NCBI RefSeq assembly: GCF_003944705.1
Contig: NZ_RWIS01000002.1
Coordinates: 462,243 to 494,242 of the forward strand
DNA length: 32,000 bases
Reading direction: 5' to 3'
Origin: Hymenobacter metallilatus
Lineage (GTDB): Bacteria; Bacteroidota; Bacteroidia; Cytophagales; Hymenobacteraceae
Made by a program: the position numbers and the translations under genes. Shown piece by piece: positions 24,465 to 32,000 of this stretch (position 1 is its first letter; each line of letters begins with the position of its first letter). The notes beneath the pieces were generated by a model. It saw only the letters and a list, made by a program, of their open reading frames with translations, did no database searches and was not told the origin of the DNA.

Positions 24465-25316
24465 CTATTTCACAATTACCATGCGCCGCTGGTAGCTCAG
24501 AACGGTAAATACGCCCACGCCACCCTCCACGGTGCTCTTAATGGCTGAAGGCTGCCCGAAAGGATTACCGTTGGCATTGCGCGCATCCTGTACCGACTGC
24601 AGAAACCGGAAGTACGGTTGGTCCAGGTGGTAGAGCGTAACGAAAATCGTGTCGTTGGGAGCAAACTCGTAGCTGGTGCCCAGGCTGTATTCGGCACCAT
24701 TGTTAAGGCGGTCCTCTACGGTGTACTCCACTTCCGGGTCGCGGGAAATACTGTCCCGGTGAATCTGCAGGCGGTAGTAGTCGGTAGTAGGAGCCGGGTC
24801 GCGGAAGCGGGTAAGTACGTAGGCCTTGCGAAACTCGCCCTGCTTGTCGTTGAACTTCCACTCCACCGTATCAATGGGCACCAGCGCGGGCATAGTGGCC
24901 TGGCCGGTTACCCGGCGGCCCTGAGTGTCCATCACCTCCAAGCGGAACGTTTGACCAGGGGTTGGCGAAATGCGGCGCTGCCCGATGTGGGTGTACACCT
25001 TGCCGGTTACATTATCAATGCCCGGATCGAAGCGGAGTTCCTGGCGCTGCCCGTTGGGCAGGGTCAGGTAGGCTTTTACATCGGTGGGGACCTGGGGGTT
25101 GGGCGAAGAAAGATAAGGTGCCGATTCCGACACGGCAATGCGCGGAATCTGCCCACTTTCCAGGTAGGCCTCCACCACCAGCTGAGGCGGGTAGTCGGGC
25201 AGCACCACGTCGATATCCTGCTGCAGGCCGCAGCTGCTCAGCAACCAAAGGGCCAGCAAACCAGGCAAGGACCCGAAAACCGCATTCGAAATCCGCGTAA
25301 TCAGAGAAGACTGCAT
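24465..25316 (-). CDS. DUF4249-like lipoprotein, the usual partner of this TonB-receptor type
   Basis: 283 aa with lipobox LLSSCG. Immediately downstream of the TonB-dependent receptor, an arrangement common in Bacteroidota. The family assignment is from memory of this gene pairing, not from alignment. Confidence 0.6.
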   Translation of the reverse strand: MQSSLITRISNAVFGSLPGLLALWLLSSCGLQQDIDVVLPDYPPQLVVEAYLESGQIPRIAVSESAPYLSSPNPQVPTDVKAYLTLPNGQRQELRFDPGIDNVTGKVYTHIGQRRISPTPGQTFRLEVMDTQGRRVTGQATMPALVPIDTVEWKFNDKQGEFRKAYVLTRFRDPAPTTDYYRLQIHRDSISRDPEVEYTVEDRLNNGAEYSLGTSYEFAPNDTIFVTLYHLDQPYFRFLQSVQDARNANGNPFGQPSAIKSTVEGGVGVFTVLSYQRRMVIVK

Positions 25317-25325
25317 ATTCCGCGC

Positions 25326-27686
25326 TTAGAATTTGAAATTATACGTCACCGACGGAATAACCGGAAACAACGACACCTGTCGGGCCCGATAGCTCAGCAC
25401 TTCATCCGTCTGCTTATCCTTTACCTGGTCGAAGTACACGAAGTAGGGGTTGCGGCGGTTGTAGGCGTTGTACACGCTGAACGTCAGGTCCGATTCGGGT
25501 ACCCAGCGGTTGGGCCGCAGTTTCCACACTACCCCAATATCCAGGCGGTGGTAGGGTGCCAGGCGGTAGGTATTGCGCTGCGGATAAATGGGCACCGCCG
25601 CCACGTCGCCGCCGTACACATCCTGAAACACGAAGCGGCCCAGCGGCAGGGTAGTGGCCTGCCCCGAGGTGTACACGAAGGAACCCGTGAGCTGCACCCG
25701 CTCCGATAAGCTATGCAGCACTACTACCGTCAGGTTGTGGCGCCGGTCGTAGGTTGGGTAGAAGGGGTTGCCGTTATTGATGCCCGTAGTGCCGCGCTGG
25801 GCCGGAAACTGCCGCTTCGTCCACGATAGGGTATAGCCCACCCAGCCGGTGGTACGGCCCTGTTTTTTCTCCAGGTATATCTCGTTGCCGTAGGCCCAGC
25901 CCTTACCAAACAAAAACTCGGAGTCCAGGTCAGGATTCACGAACAGTTGGGCTCCATCCTTAAAGTCGATCTGACGCTGCGCCCATTTGTAGTAGGCCTC
26001 GTTGGTAATCAGGTAACGCCCATCGCCCAGCAGCCAGCTAATGCCGGCCGCCACCTGCTGGCTGCGCTGGGGCTTCACCGAGCCCCGTGAGGGGTACCAG
26101 ATATCGGTGGGCAGGGAGGCGCCGGAGTTTGTTACCAGGTGTACGTACTGGTACATCAGCGCGTAGCTGCTCTTCAACGATACGGTGGGCGTGAGGGAGT
26201 AACGCACGGCCGCCCGGGGCTCCAGGCCGCCGTACTGGTCGGCACCCGACCGGAAGCCCGACAGGCGCAGGCCGTATTCCAGCTGCCACTTCTCGGTGGG
26301 CTTGTAGGTATCGGACGCATACAGGGCCGCCTCGGCGCCCGAGTACGTAATATCGGAGCCCAGGGACAGGCGGCCGTCCTGGGAGCCGGCCTGCAACCGT
26401 CCCGTACCAAAGCGGTGGGCCGTGGCCGTTACCCCAAACTTTAGCGCGTGCTGGTCGTTGGGCAGGTAGTCCAGGTCGGAGCGCAGGGTCAGGTCCCGGA
26501 TGTCGGAGGAGAGGTTGAAGGCAAACTGGTCGAGCCGGTTGCTGATGCGGTACTCGTAGCGCGTGAGCGAGGCCGTGGTGTTCAGAAACAGCCGCTTATT
26601 GAAAGTATGGTTCCAGCGCAGCGCCCCCACCGCATTGCCCCAGCTGAAATCAAAGTTGAAGCCATTCTGGGAGTTGAAGCCAAACACATCGTGCCCCAGG
26701 TACCCCGACAGAAACAGCTCATCCTTCTCACCCAGCTTGTAGTTGGCCTTGGCGTTGAGGTCGTAGAAGTAATAGTCGGGAATAGGGTTGTAGTCGTCCT
26801 GGCCCTCGTTTAGCTTGTTGATCTGGCGGGTAAACACATCGAAGTAAGTGCGCCGCCCCGATACCAGAAACGCGCCCTTTCCCTTCTTGATAGGGCCTTC
26901 CACCGTCAGGCGCGACGAAATCAGGCCGATGCCGCCACTGGTGGTAAACTTATCAGGGTTGCCTGGCCGCAGCTTTACATCTACCACCGACGAGAGCCGG
27001 CCGCCGTACTGGGCCGGGAAGCCGCCCTTGTACAAGTCCACCGACTGCACGGCGTCGGGGTTGAACACCGAGAACAGCCCGAACAAGTGGCTGGGGTTGT
27101 ACACCAGGGCGTCGTCCAGCAGTACCAGGTTCTGGTCGGCCGAGCCCCCGCGCACGAACAAGCCGCTGGTACCCTCGCCGCCGTTTTGTACGCCGGGCTT
27201 CAGCTGCAGGGTTTTCAGGATATCTACCTCCCCGAACAGGGCCGGCAGCAGCTTGGCTTCCTTGGCCGTGAGGCGCTCCACACTCATCTGGGTGGTCTGG
27301 AGTTTTTGCTCCAGCGAACCACGGCCCTCCACAACCACTTCCTGCAGCTGGTTGCCGGCACTGACCAGCTGGAAAGACTGCCGCTGATTGCGGGTGAGGT
27401 TAACGGTCAGCGTCTGGGTGTCGTAGCCGATAAAGGATACGACCACTTGGTGGCGGCCTTCCGGCAGCCGCAGTGAGTAGGCTCCCTGCTCATCGGCCGT
27501 GGCACCCAGCCCAAGTTCCGGTACGGCCACGGTGGCACCGGGTAGCGCCTCGGAGGTGCCGCTGGCCCGCACCACTCCACTGAGTACGCGCTGCACCTGA
27601 GCCCAGGCCGTGGTGGGCAGGACCGTCAGCAAAATCAAAAAACCAGCAACCAAAAACCGGAACCCCATACTACCCTGTCTATCCAT
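25326..27686 (-). CDS. TonB-dependent receptor with an N-terminal carboxypeptidase-regulatory-like domain
   Basis: The start is ATG 27686 (MDRQGS...) or ATG 27668 (MGFRFLVAGFLILLTVLPTTAWAQ). Contains GVVRASGTSEALPGATV (CarbopepD_reg-like), a plug region and a C-terminal ...TYNFKF. The longer track ORF overlaps the thioredoxin gene and is rejected. Confidence 0.9.
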   Translation of the reverse strand: MDRQGSMGFRFLVAGFLILLTVLPTTAWAQVQRVLSGVVRASGTSEALPGATVAVPELGLGATADEQGAYSLRLPEGRHQVVVSFIGYDTQTLTVNLTRNQRQSFQLVSAGNQLQEVVVEGRGSLEQKLQTTQMSVERLTAKEAKLLPALFGEVDILKTLQLKPGVQNGGEGTSGLFVRGGSADQNLVLLDDALVYNPSHLFGLFSVFNPDAVQSVDLYKGGFPAQYGGRLSSVVDVKLRPGNPDKFTTSGGIGLISSRLTVEGPIKKGKGAFLVSGRRTYFDVFTRQINKLNEGQDDYNPIPDYYFYDLNAKANYKLGEKDELFLSGYLGHDVFGFNSQNGFNFDFSWGNAVGALRWNHTFNKRLFLNTTASLTRYEYRISNRLDQFAFNLSSDIRDLTLRSDLDYLPNDQHALKFGVTATAHRFGTGRLQAGSQDGRLSLGSDITYSGAEAALYASDTYKPTEKWQLEYGLRLSGFRSGADQYGGLEPRAAVRYSLTPTVSLKSSYALMYQYVHLVTNSGASLPTDIWYPSRGSVKPQRSQQVAAGISWLLGDGRYLITNEAYYKWAQRQIDFKDGAQLFVNPDLDSEFLFGKGWAYGNEIYLEKKQGRTTGWVGYTLSWTKRQFPAQRGTTGINNGNPFYPTYDRRHNLTVVVLHSLSERVQLTGSFVYTSGQATTLPLGRFVFQDVYGGDVAAVPIYPQRNTYRLAPYHRLDIGVVWKLRPNRWVPESDLTFSVYNAYNRRNPYFVYFDQVKDKQTDEVLSYRARQVSLFPVIPSVTYNFKF

Positions 27687-27805
27687 GAGCCCCAAAGTAC
27701 GGACACGCACCGCAAACGACCGAATGAGCCGGCCGCAGGAGTAGAGGTTGCACGCTACCGGCCCACCGGGCGGATTTTTATTTCCGGCCCGCGGTACGGC
27801 GGGTT

Positions 27806-28114
27806 TCAGCGCAGTACGCCCTGCACCACCTGGCTGATGTGGGCGGCGGATACTACGCCGGCCTGCCGCCACACCGGCTGCCCCTGCTGAAACAAAATGA
27901 GGGTGGGAATGCTCTGCACCCGAAACTGCTGGGCCACGGCCTGGTTGCGGTCCACATCTATCTTGATGACTTTGAGCTTGCCCTGGTGCTGGTTGGCTAC
28001 CTGCTCCAGAATGGGCGCCATGGTTTTGCAGGGGCCGCACCAGTCGGCATAAAAATCTACCAGCACGGGCATCCCTGGGCTGTTGATCAACTCGGAAAAG
28101 GACTTTTTGGGCAT
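27806..28114 (-). CDS. trxA: thioredoxin
   Basis: 102 aa with the WCGPCK active site. Confidence 0.9.
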   Translation of the reverse strand: MPKKSFSELINSPGMPVLVDFYADWCGPCKTMAPILEQVANQHQGKLKVIKIDVDRNQAVAQQFRVQSIPTLILFQQGQPVWRQAGVVSAAHISQVVQGVLR

Positions 28115-28213
28115 ACAGCTGCTACCTATATCCGCCGCCCCGTGCGGCCGGAGTACCCGTTATACGGTAGTTAGGTGGGAACGATAAGCGGCCCAAACGG
28201 GCAGTTAGGCCAC

Positions 28214-28242
28214 AAAAAAAGCCCAGTGCTGCAACACTGGGC
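28214..28242 (-). terminator. rho-independent terminator for the 28276-28716 gene
   Basis: On the minus strand, gcccagtg-ttgcag-cactgggc is followed by a run of 7 T (the plus-strand A-run at 28214-28220). Confidence 0.7.
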
Positions 28243-28275
28243 TTCTGGGTGTGGGTGAGTGTGGGTGAAGAGGAG

Positions 28276-28716
28276 TTAATTCTTGCCCACCAAGGTAACA
28301 TCATTTGCGACTTCAGAAAAACCGAAGCGGCCACCAACCACTTTTTTTCCGCCTACCTGGCACTCCCAGGTGTAACGGCCCGGCTGGGCCCGGCCCGCTT
28401 CGCCCCGCTCGGTTTTGAAGTATTCGGCTTCTGTGGCTTCCGAAGGGAAAATCACGTCGATGCCGTTCTGGCCTTTGGGTACCTGCTTTACAAGCACGTA
28501 TTCTTTGCCGGTTTCCTGGTTAATAACTACAAATTTGGCGGTATAGCCGCCGAGTTGGCCAAACTTATCCATTACCCCAATCTTCACGTAGGCATCCGTA
28601 GACACCAGCCAGGTTTGGGCCTTGGCTTGAGTGGGCGAGAAAACTACCAGCGCCAACAAGAAGCCGATGGTTTGCAGGAAGCGGCGGAGGGGGAGAGCAG
28701 GAGTAGAAACGCGCAT
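28276..28716 (-). CDS. hypothetical secreted protein
   Basis: ATG at 28716 (MRVSTPALPLRRFLQTIGFLLALVVFSPTQAKAQ...), 146 aa with a signal peptide. No family recognised. Confidence 0.55.
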   Translation of the reverse strand: MRVSTPALPLRRFLQTIGFLLALVVFSPTQAKAQTWLVSTDAYVKIGVMDKFGQLGGYTAKFVVINQETGKEYVLVKQVPKGQNGIDVIFPSEATEAEYFKTERGEAGRAQPGRYTWECQVGGKKVVGGRFGFSEVANDVTLVGKN

Positions 28717-28935
28717 ACGAGAGACGATAAAGGTGAAACGCCGACTTTTAAACAAAAACAAAAGAAGAGAAGAACACCAGTTGATTGCCCACTTCGCCTG
28801 ATCATACAACTGAGGTGCAATCAAATATAAATGATATCCGACAACTCCAACAAAATTTTGTGCCGCTTTTGGAAAAATTCAGGCCTGATTGTCAAACCAG
28901 TAGCATGAGGCTCCCCGTAAGTAGCTGCTTGCCCG

Positions 28936-29256
28936 ATGCGAAAGAAGCGAATTGAGTGGCCGGCGGCCCCCGCGCCCGGTGCCGGCGGGCCCCATTGCGG
29001 TTTGTGTGAGCGAGCTGTGCAGCAAACTTCCCGCCACCACCTAGTGCCCCGGGAGGAAGGTGGCCGCCATGGCCCCACCGTGGAGCTGTGTCAGCCTTGC
29101 CATAGTACTATTCATCTGCTGCTGAGCAACCGGCAGCTAGCCCGGCAGTACAATACCGTGGAAAGTCTGCGCGAGGCCCAGGAGCTCCAAACCTATCTGC
29201 ACTGGGTGCGCCGTAGCCGGGTGGAGCGCATCAGCAACCGCCGGGCCCGGCGCTGA
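28936..29256 (+). CDS. small HNH-type endonuclease-like protein
   Basis: 106 aa: CGLC...RHHLVPREEGG...LCQPCHSTIH, i.e. two CxxC pairs flanking an HH motif. Confidence 0.65.
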   Translation: MRKKRIEWPAAPAPGAGGPHCGLCERAVQQTSRHHLVPREEGGRHGPTVELCQPCHSTIHLLLSNRQLARQYNTVESLREAQELQTYLHWVRRSRVERISNRRARR

Positions 29257-29316
29257 GGGACTGGTGCAGCCGACCGGGCTGCTACCTTTGGGCGGAGTTA
29301 ACTGATCTGACTTCCG

Positions 29317-30384
29317 GTGAAATACTTCGTGCCTTTCCGGCAGCTACGGCAGCAGCCGACTATTGTAGTGGATAGCACGGGCCTGGGAGCCAGCCTCACG
29401 CTGGCGCACTGGCGCGGGGCCGCCACGCCCGCACCCCTGCGCGACGACACCAGCGTCGGCTCGGTGCTGCGGGCCCTGCATCAGCCCCACACGCCTGGCC
29501 TGGAGGCCGAAGCCGTTACGGCCAACCACTTTGATATTGATGGGTTTGTGGGCATATGGGCACTGCTGAACCCCGAGCTGGCCCTGCACCATGAGCACCT
29601 GCTGCGCCTGGTGGCTACTCTCGGCGACTTCCGGGAAACTGACTGGCAGGACCCGCTGGCCGACCAGGCCCTGCAGCTGGTGTGCTGGCTGAATGCCGAG
29701 GAAAAAGCCCGGTTCTATGAGCCCTTCGGGGCCCCGGCCCGGCGCCGGCGCGAGGATGAGGCCTCGGCGGAAAAGTTCAACTGGTTTCTGCCCCGCTTTG
29801 CCGGGGTGCTGGAAAACCCTGAAAGCGGCCGCGCTGCCTGGGAGCCGGAGTACGCAAGGGTTCGGCAGGGAGTAGCCGCCATGCAGCACCCCGGCACCAC
29901 CGTGCGCCGTTACCCGGAAATCGGGCTGACGGTGGTCCGGACGCCGGAGCCGCTGCCCTATTACGCGCTGTTTGGGGCCACCGTCGGCACCGATATGGTG
30001 CTGAGCCTCTACAAGGGGCAGCGCTACGAGTTCGAGTACAAATACACCACCTGGATTGACCTGGAAAGCCGGCCCACCCTCCCGCGTCTGCCCCTGGATG
30101 CGCTTACGGCCCGCCTGAACGCCCTGGAAACTACCGCCCGGCGCTGGACCTTCGACGGCATCACCGATACTGGCCCTCTGCTGCGCCTGGGCGGCAAAAC
30201 CCTGAGCAAAGTGCAGCGCTACGCCGACCCCGACCAGCGCCCCATTCACGCATCCTCCATTCCACCCGCGCAGGTGGAGGAAGAAGTAGTGAAGTTTTTC
30301 CGGGCAGGCTACGTCGGCGTTGAGCCCCGCCGTTACTGGACCTGGGCCGAAATCCGGGCAGCCGGACAGCCCGAGCAGGCTTGA
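29317..30384 (+). CDS. hypothetical protein (355 aa), family not recognised
   Basis: GTG start 60 nt after the HNH gene. Composition looks coding, but I cannot assign a family. The segment NHFDIDGFVGIWALL is faintly DHH-like, which is very uncertain. Confidence 0.5.
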   Translation: MKYFVPFRQLRQQPTIVVDSTGLGASLTLAHWRGAATPAPLRDDTSVGSVLRALHQPHTPGLEAEAVTANHFDIDGFVGIWALLNPELALHHEHLLRLVATLGDFRETDWQDPLADQALQLVCWLNAEEKARFYEPFGAPARRRREDEASAEKFNWFLPRFAGVLENPESGRAAWEPEYARVRQGVAAMQHPGTTVRRYPEIGLTVVRTPEPLPYYALFGATVGTDMVLSLYKGQRYEFEYKYTTWIDLESRPTLPRLPLDALTARLNALETTARRWTFDGITDTGPLLRLGGKTLSKVQRYADPDQRPIHASSIPPAQVEEEVVKFFRAGYVGVEPRRYWTWAEIRAAGQPEQA

Positions 30385-30394
30385 GCTACCTGCA

Positions 30395-30475
30395 CTGTCA
30401 TTCCGAGCGAAGCGAGGAATCTGGGTTATACATCAGGAGTTAGACCCAGATTCCTCGCTTCGCTCGGAATGACAG
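30395..30475. repeat. V3 nested-palindrome element (perfect 32-bp arms, 17-nt loop) between convergent genes
   Basis: ctgtcattccgagcgaagcgaggaatctgggt (30395-30426) and acccagattcctcgcttcgctcggaatgacag (30444-30475). GCGAAGC lies at 30407-30413. Confidence 0.9.
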
Positions 30476-30493
30476 CTTTCTGTAATCAACCAG

Positions 30494-32000
30494 TTACACT
30501 TCCTCCCCAAACCCCAGCACCCGCAGGGAGCTTACGCCCCCGGCGCCTTTATGCACGCTGATTTGGGTAGTGATGCGCTCCTTCAGGCCCTCGACGTGGG
30601 AAATGATGCCGATGGTTTTGCCGGTGCCCTGGAGCAGTTCCAGGGCCGAGAGGGCCACGTCCAGGGTGTCGGGGTCGAGAGTTCCGAAGCCTTCGTCGAT
30701 GAACAGGGTGTCTATCTGGGTGCGGCGGCCGGCCAGCTCCGAGAGGCCCAGGGCCAGGGCTAGGCTCACCAGAAAACTCTCCCCGCCCGACAACGAATTC
30801 ATGGTGCGCACGGCCCCGGCCTGGTAATCATCCTGAATCAGCAGGTCCAGGTGCTGCTCGGGGTTGCGCAGGATGCGGTACCGGTCGGTGAAGCGGTGCA
30901 GGTGGCGGTTGGCCAGGTCCACGAGGCGGGCCAGGGTGAGGCCCTGGGCAAACTCGCTGAACTTCTTGCCATCAGCTGAGCCAATGACTTCGGCCAGCTG
31001 CCGCCAGCGGGCGGCTTCCTGCTGCTGCTTTTCGAGCTGGGTTGCCAGGGCGGCGTGGCGCTGCTGTCCGGCCTGGTGGGCCTGCAGGCGCTCCTGGCGC
31101 TGGCCCAGCTGCTGGTTTAGCGTGGCTAGCTGTTGGGTAATAGTCGCCAGTTGTTGGTCGATGTATTCCGGCGGCTCCGGGGTAAGGGCGCGCTCCTCCT
31201 CGGTTTGCAGCAGGGCAGCGGTTTCCTGCAGTGCTTCGGCGGCCAGGGCTACTTCCTGCTCGTGGCGGCGCAGCTGGTTGTGCAGGGTCTGGAGTTCCGG
31301 GTCGGGGAGGAGCAGGGCGGGCAGGGCGGCGGGGTTGGGGGTGAGGCCGGCGGCGCTCAGGTCCGCTACCAGGGCCGCGTGCTGCTGCTGCCGGGCCTGC
31401 TCCTGGAGCCCGGCGTCCTGCTCGCGCTGCTGCAGGGTGCCGGCGGCCACCGTGTACGCCGTTTCGTGCTGTTGCTGCTGCTGCTCGGTTTGCTGGCGCT
31501 GCTGCCCGGTGGTGTATACGGCCTGCTCCAGCTGCTGCCGCACCTGAGCTACGTTGGGCTCCGCCAGCAATTCAGTGCGCTGCTGCTGCTGGCGCTGAAT
31601 AGCCGCGTGCTGATCCACCAGCCCCTGCTTGCGGACTTTCAGCCAGGCTTGCAGCTCCTGCTGGTCAGCCTCGGCTTTGGCGGCTTCCACGCTCACGCCG
31701 CCCAGCTCTTGCCGGGCCGTGTTGAGCTGCCGGGTTTTCACCTCGAACTCCGCAATGCGCTGGCGGGCCAGCTCCATCAGGGCCTGCCCGTTTTCGTTGC
31801 CGAACGGCAGGCTGAAGTACTGGGCCTGGCTCTGGATGGTGGCCCGCACGGGCAGTACCTGGTCTTCGGCGTCGGTTAGCTCCTGCTGCAGTTTGGCGGC
31901 TTCTTCGGTGTAGGCCTGGTGGTGGCGCACGGCGGCTTCGTGCCGGGTCTGGGCCTGCTGCAGGTGCTGGTCGGCGGTGGTGAGCTGCTCCCGCAGCTCC
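30494..32000 (-). CDS. sbcC: SbcC/Rad50-family exonuclease ATPase subunit, C-terminal part (N-terminus runs off the right edge)
   Basis: Gln-rich coiled coil followed by LSGGESFLVSLALALGLS (signature motif) and LFIDEGFGTLD (Walker B/D-loop). The reading frame stays open to the window end. Confidence 0.85.
   Translation of the reverse strand, partial: ELREQLTTADQHLQQAQTRHEAAVRHHQAYTEEAAKLQQELTDAEDQVLPVRATIQSQAQYFSLPFGNENGQALMELARQRIAEFEVKTRQLNTARQELGGVSVEAAKAEADQQELQAWLKVRKQGLVDQHAAIQRQQQQRTELLAEPNVAQVRQQLEQAVYTTGQQRQQTEQQQQQHETAYTVAAGTLQQREQDAGLQEQARQQQHAALVADLSAAGLTPNPAALPALLLPDPELQTLHNQLRRHEQEVALAAEALQETAALLQTEEERALTPEPPEYIDQQLATITQQLATLNQQLGQRQERLQAHQAGQQRHAALATQLEKQQQEAARWRQLAEVIGSADGKKFSEFAQGLTLARLVDLANRHLHRFTDRYRILRNPEQHLDLLIQDDYQAGAVRTMNSLSGGESFLVSLALALGLSELAGRRTQIDTLFIDEGFGTLDPDTLDVALSALELLQGTGKTIGIISHVEGLKERITTQISVHKGAGGVSSLRVLGFGEEV

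Noticed and set aside
27687-28040. N-terminal extension of the TonB-receptor track ORF
   Set aside because: It overlaps the well-supported thioredoxin gene in another frame. A proper signal peptide follows the internal ATGs at 27686 and 27668.
28822-28829. caaatata (TATATTTG on the minus strand) as a -7 promoter box for the 28276-28716 gene
   Set aside because: The motif matches TAnnTTTG, but it is about 106 nt from the ATG in an AT-rich stretch where chance matches are likely. That is too weak to list as a feature.

Overview
This is a high-GC, Bacteroidota-type chromosomal segment. Hymenobacter-like is my guess from gene content only and is unverified. I found no rRNA, tRNA, CRISPR, transposase or integrase. 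Hand-derived coordinates may be off by 1-2 nt.

Layout:
- 1-15.7 kb is a divergent arginine-biosynthesis supercluster. The minus strand carries argB, an argE-like gene and argH. The plus strand carries GNAT, argG, argC, argD, carA, two low-GC ORFs, carB, a GIY-YIG gene, a low-GC SMI1/KNR4 gene and argF'.
- 15.8-22.9 kb is mostly housekeeping: a Thr-rich secreted protein, dinB, an EamA transporter, rarA, sppA and a purine nucleoside phosphorylase.
- 23-28.7 kb is a minus-strand envelope cluster: thioredoxin, a TonB-dependent receptor, DUF4249 and three lipocalin-like lipoproteins, preceded by a separate secreted protein of unknown function.
- 28.9-32 kb holds a small HNH protein, a 355-aa unknown and the 3' part of sbcC.

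Most unusual signal: a family of long, nested-palindrome intergenic elements.
- All 11 arms of the main variant lie in gaps of the plus-strand arg operon.
- Two palindromes are split at their symmetry centre and bracket cargo. One brackets a low-GC ORF between carA and carB. The other brackets a nested hairpin, a 96-aa GIY-YIG nuclease and a low-GC SUKH-type immunity-like gene between carB and argF'.
- Sequence variants of the element show compensatory changes that preserve a 5-bp mini-hairpin inside each arm.

I propose, as inference only, a hairpin-targeted cassette-capture or mobilisation system, possibly GIY-YIG-associated. It would be analogous in logic to REP/RAYT elements or integron attC sites.
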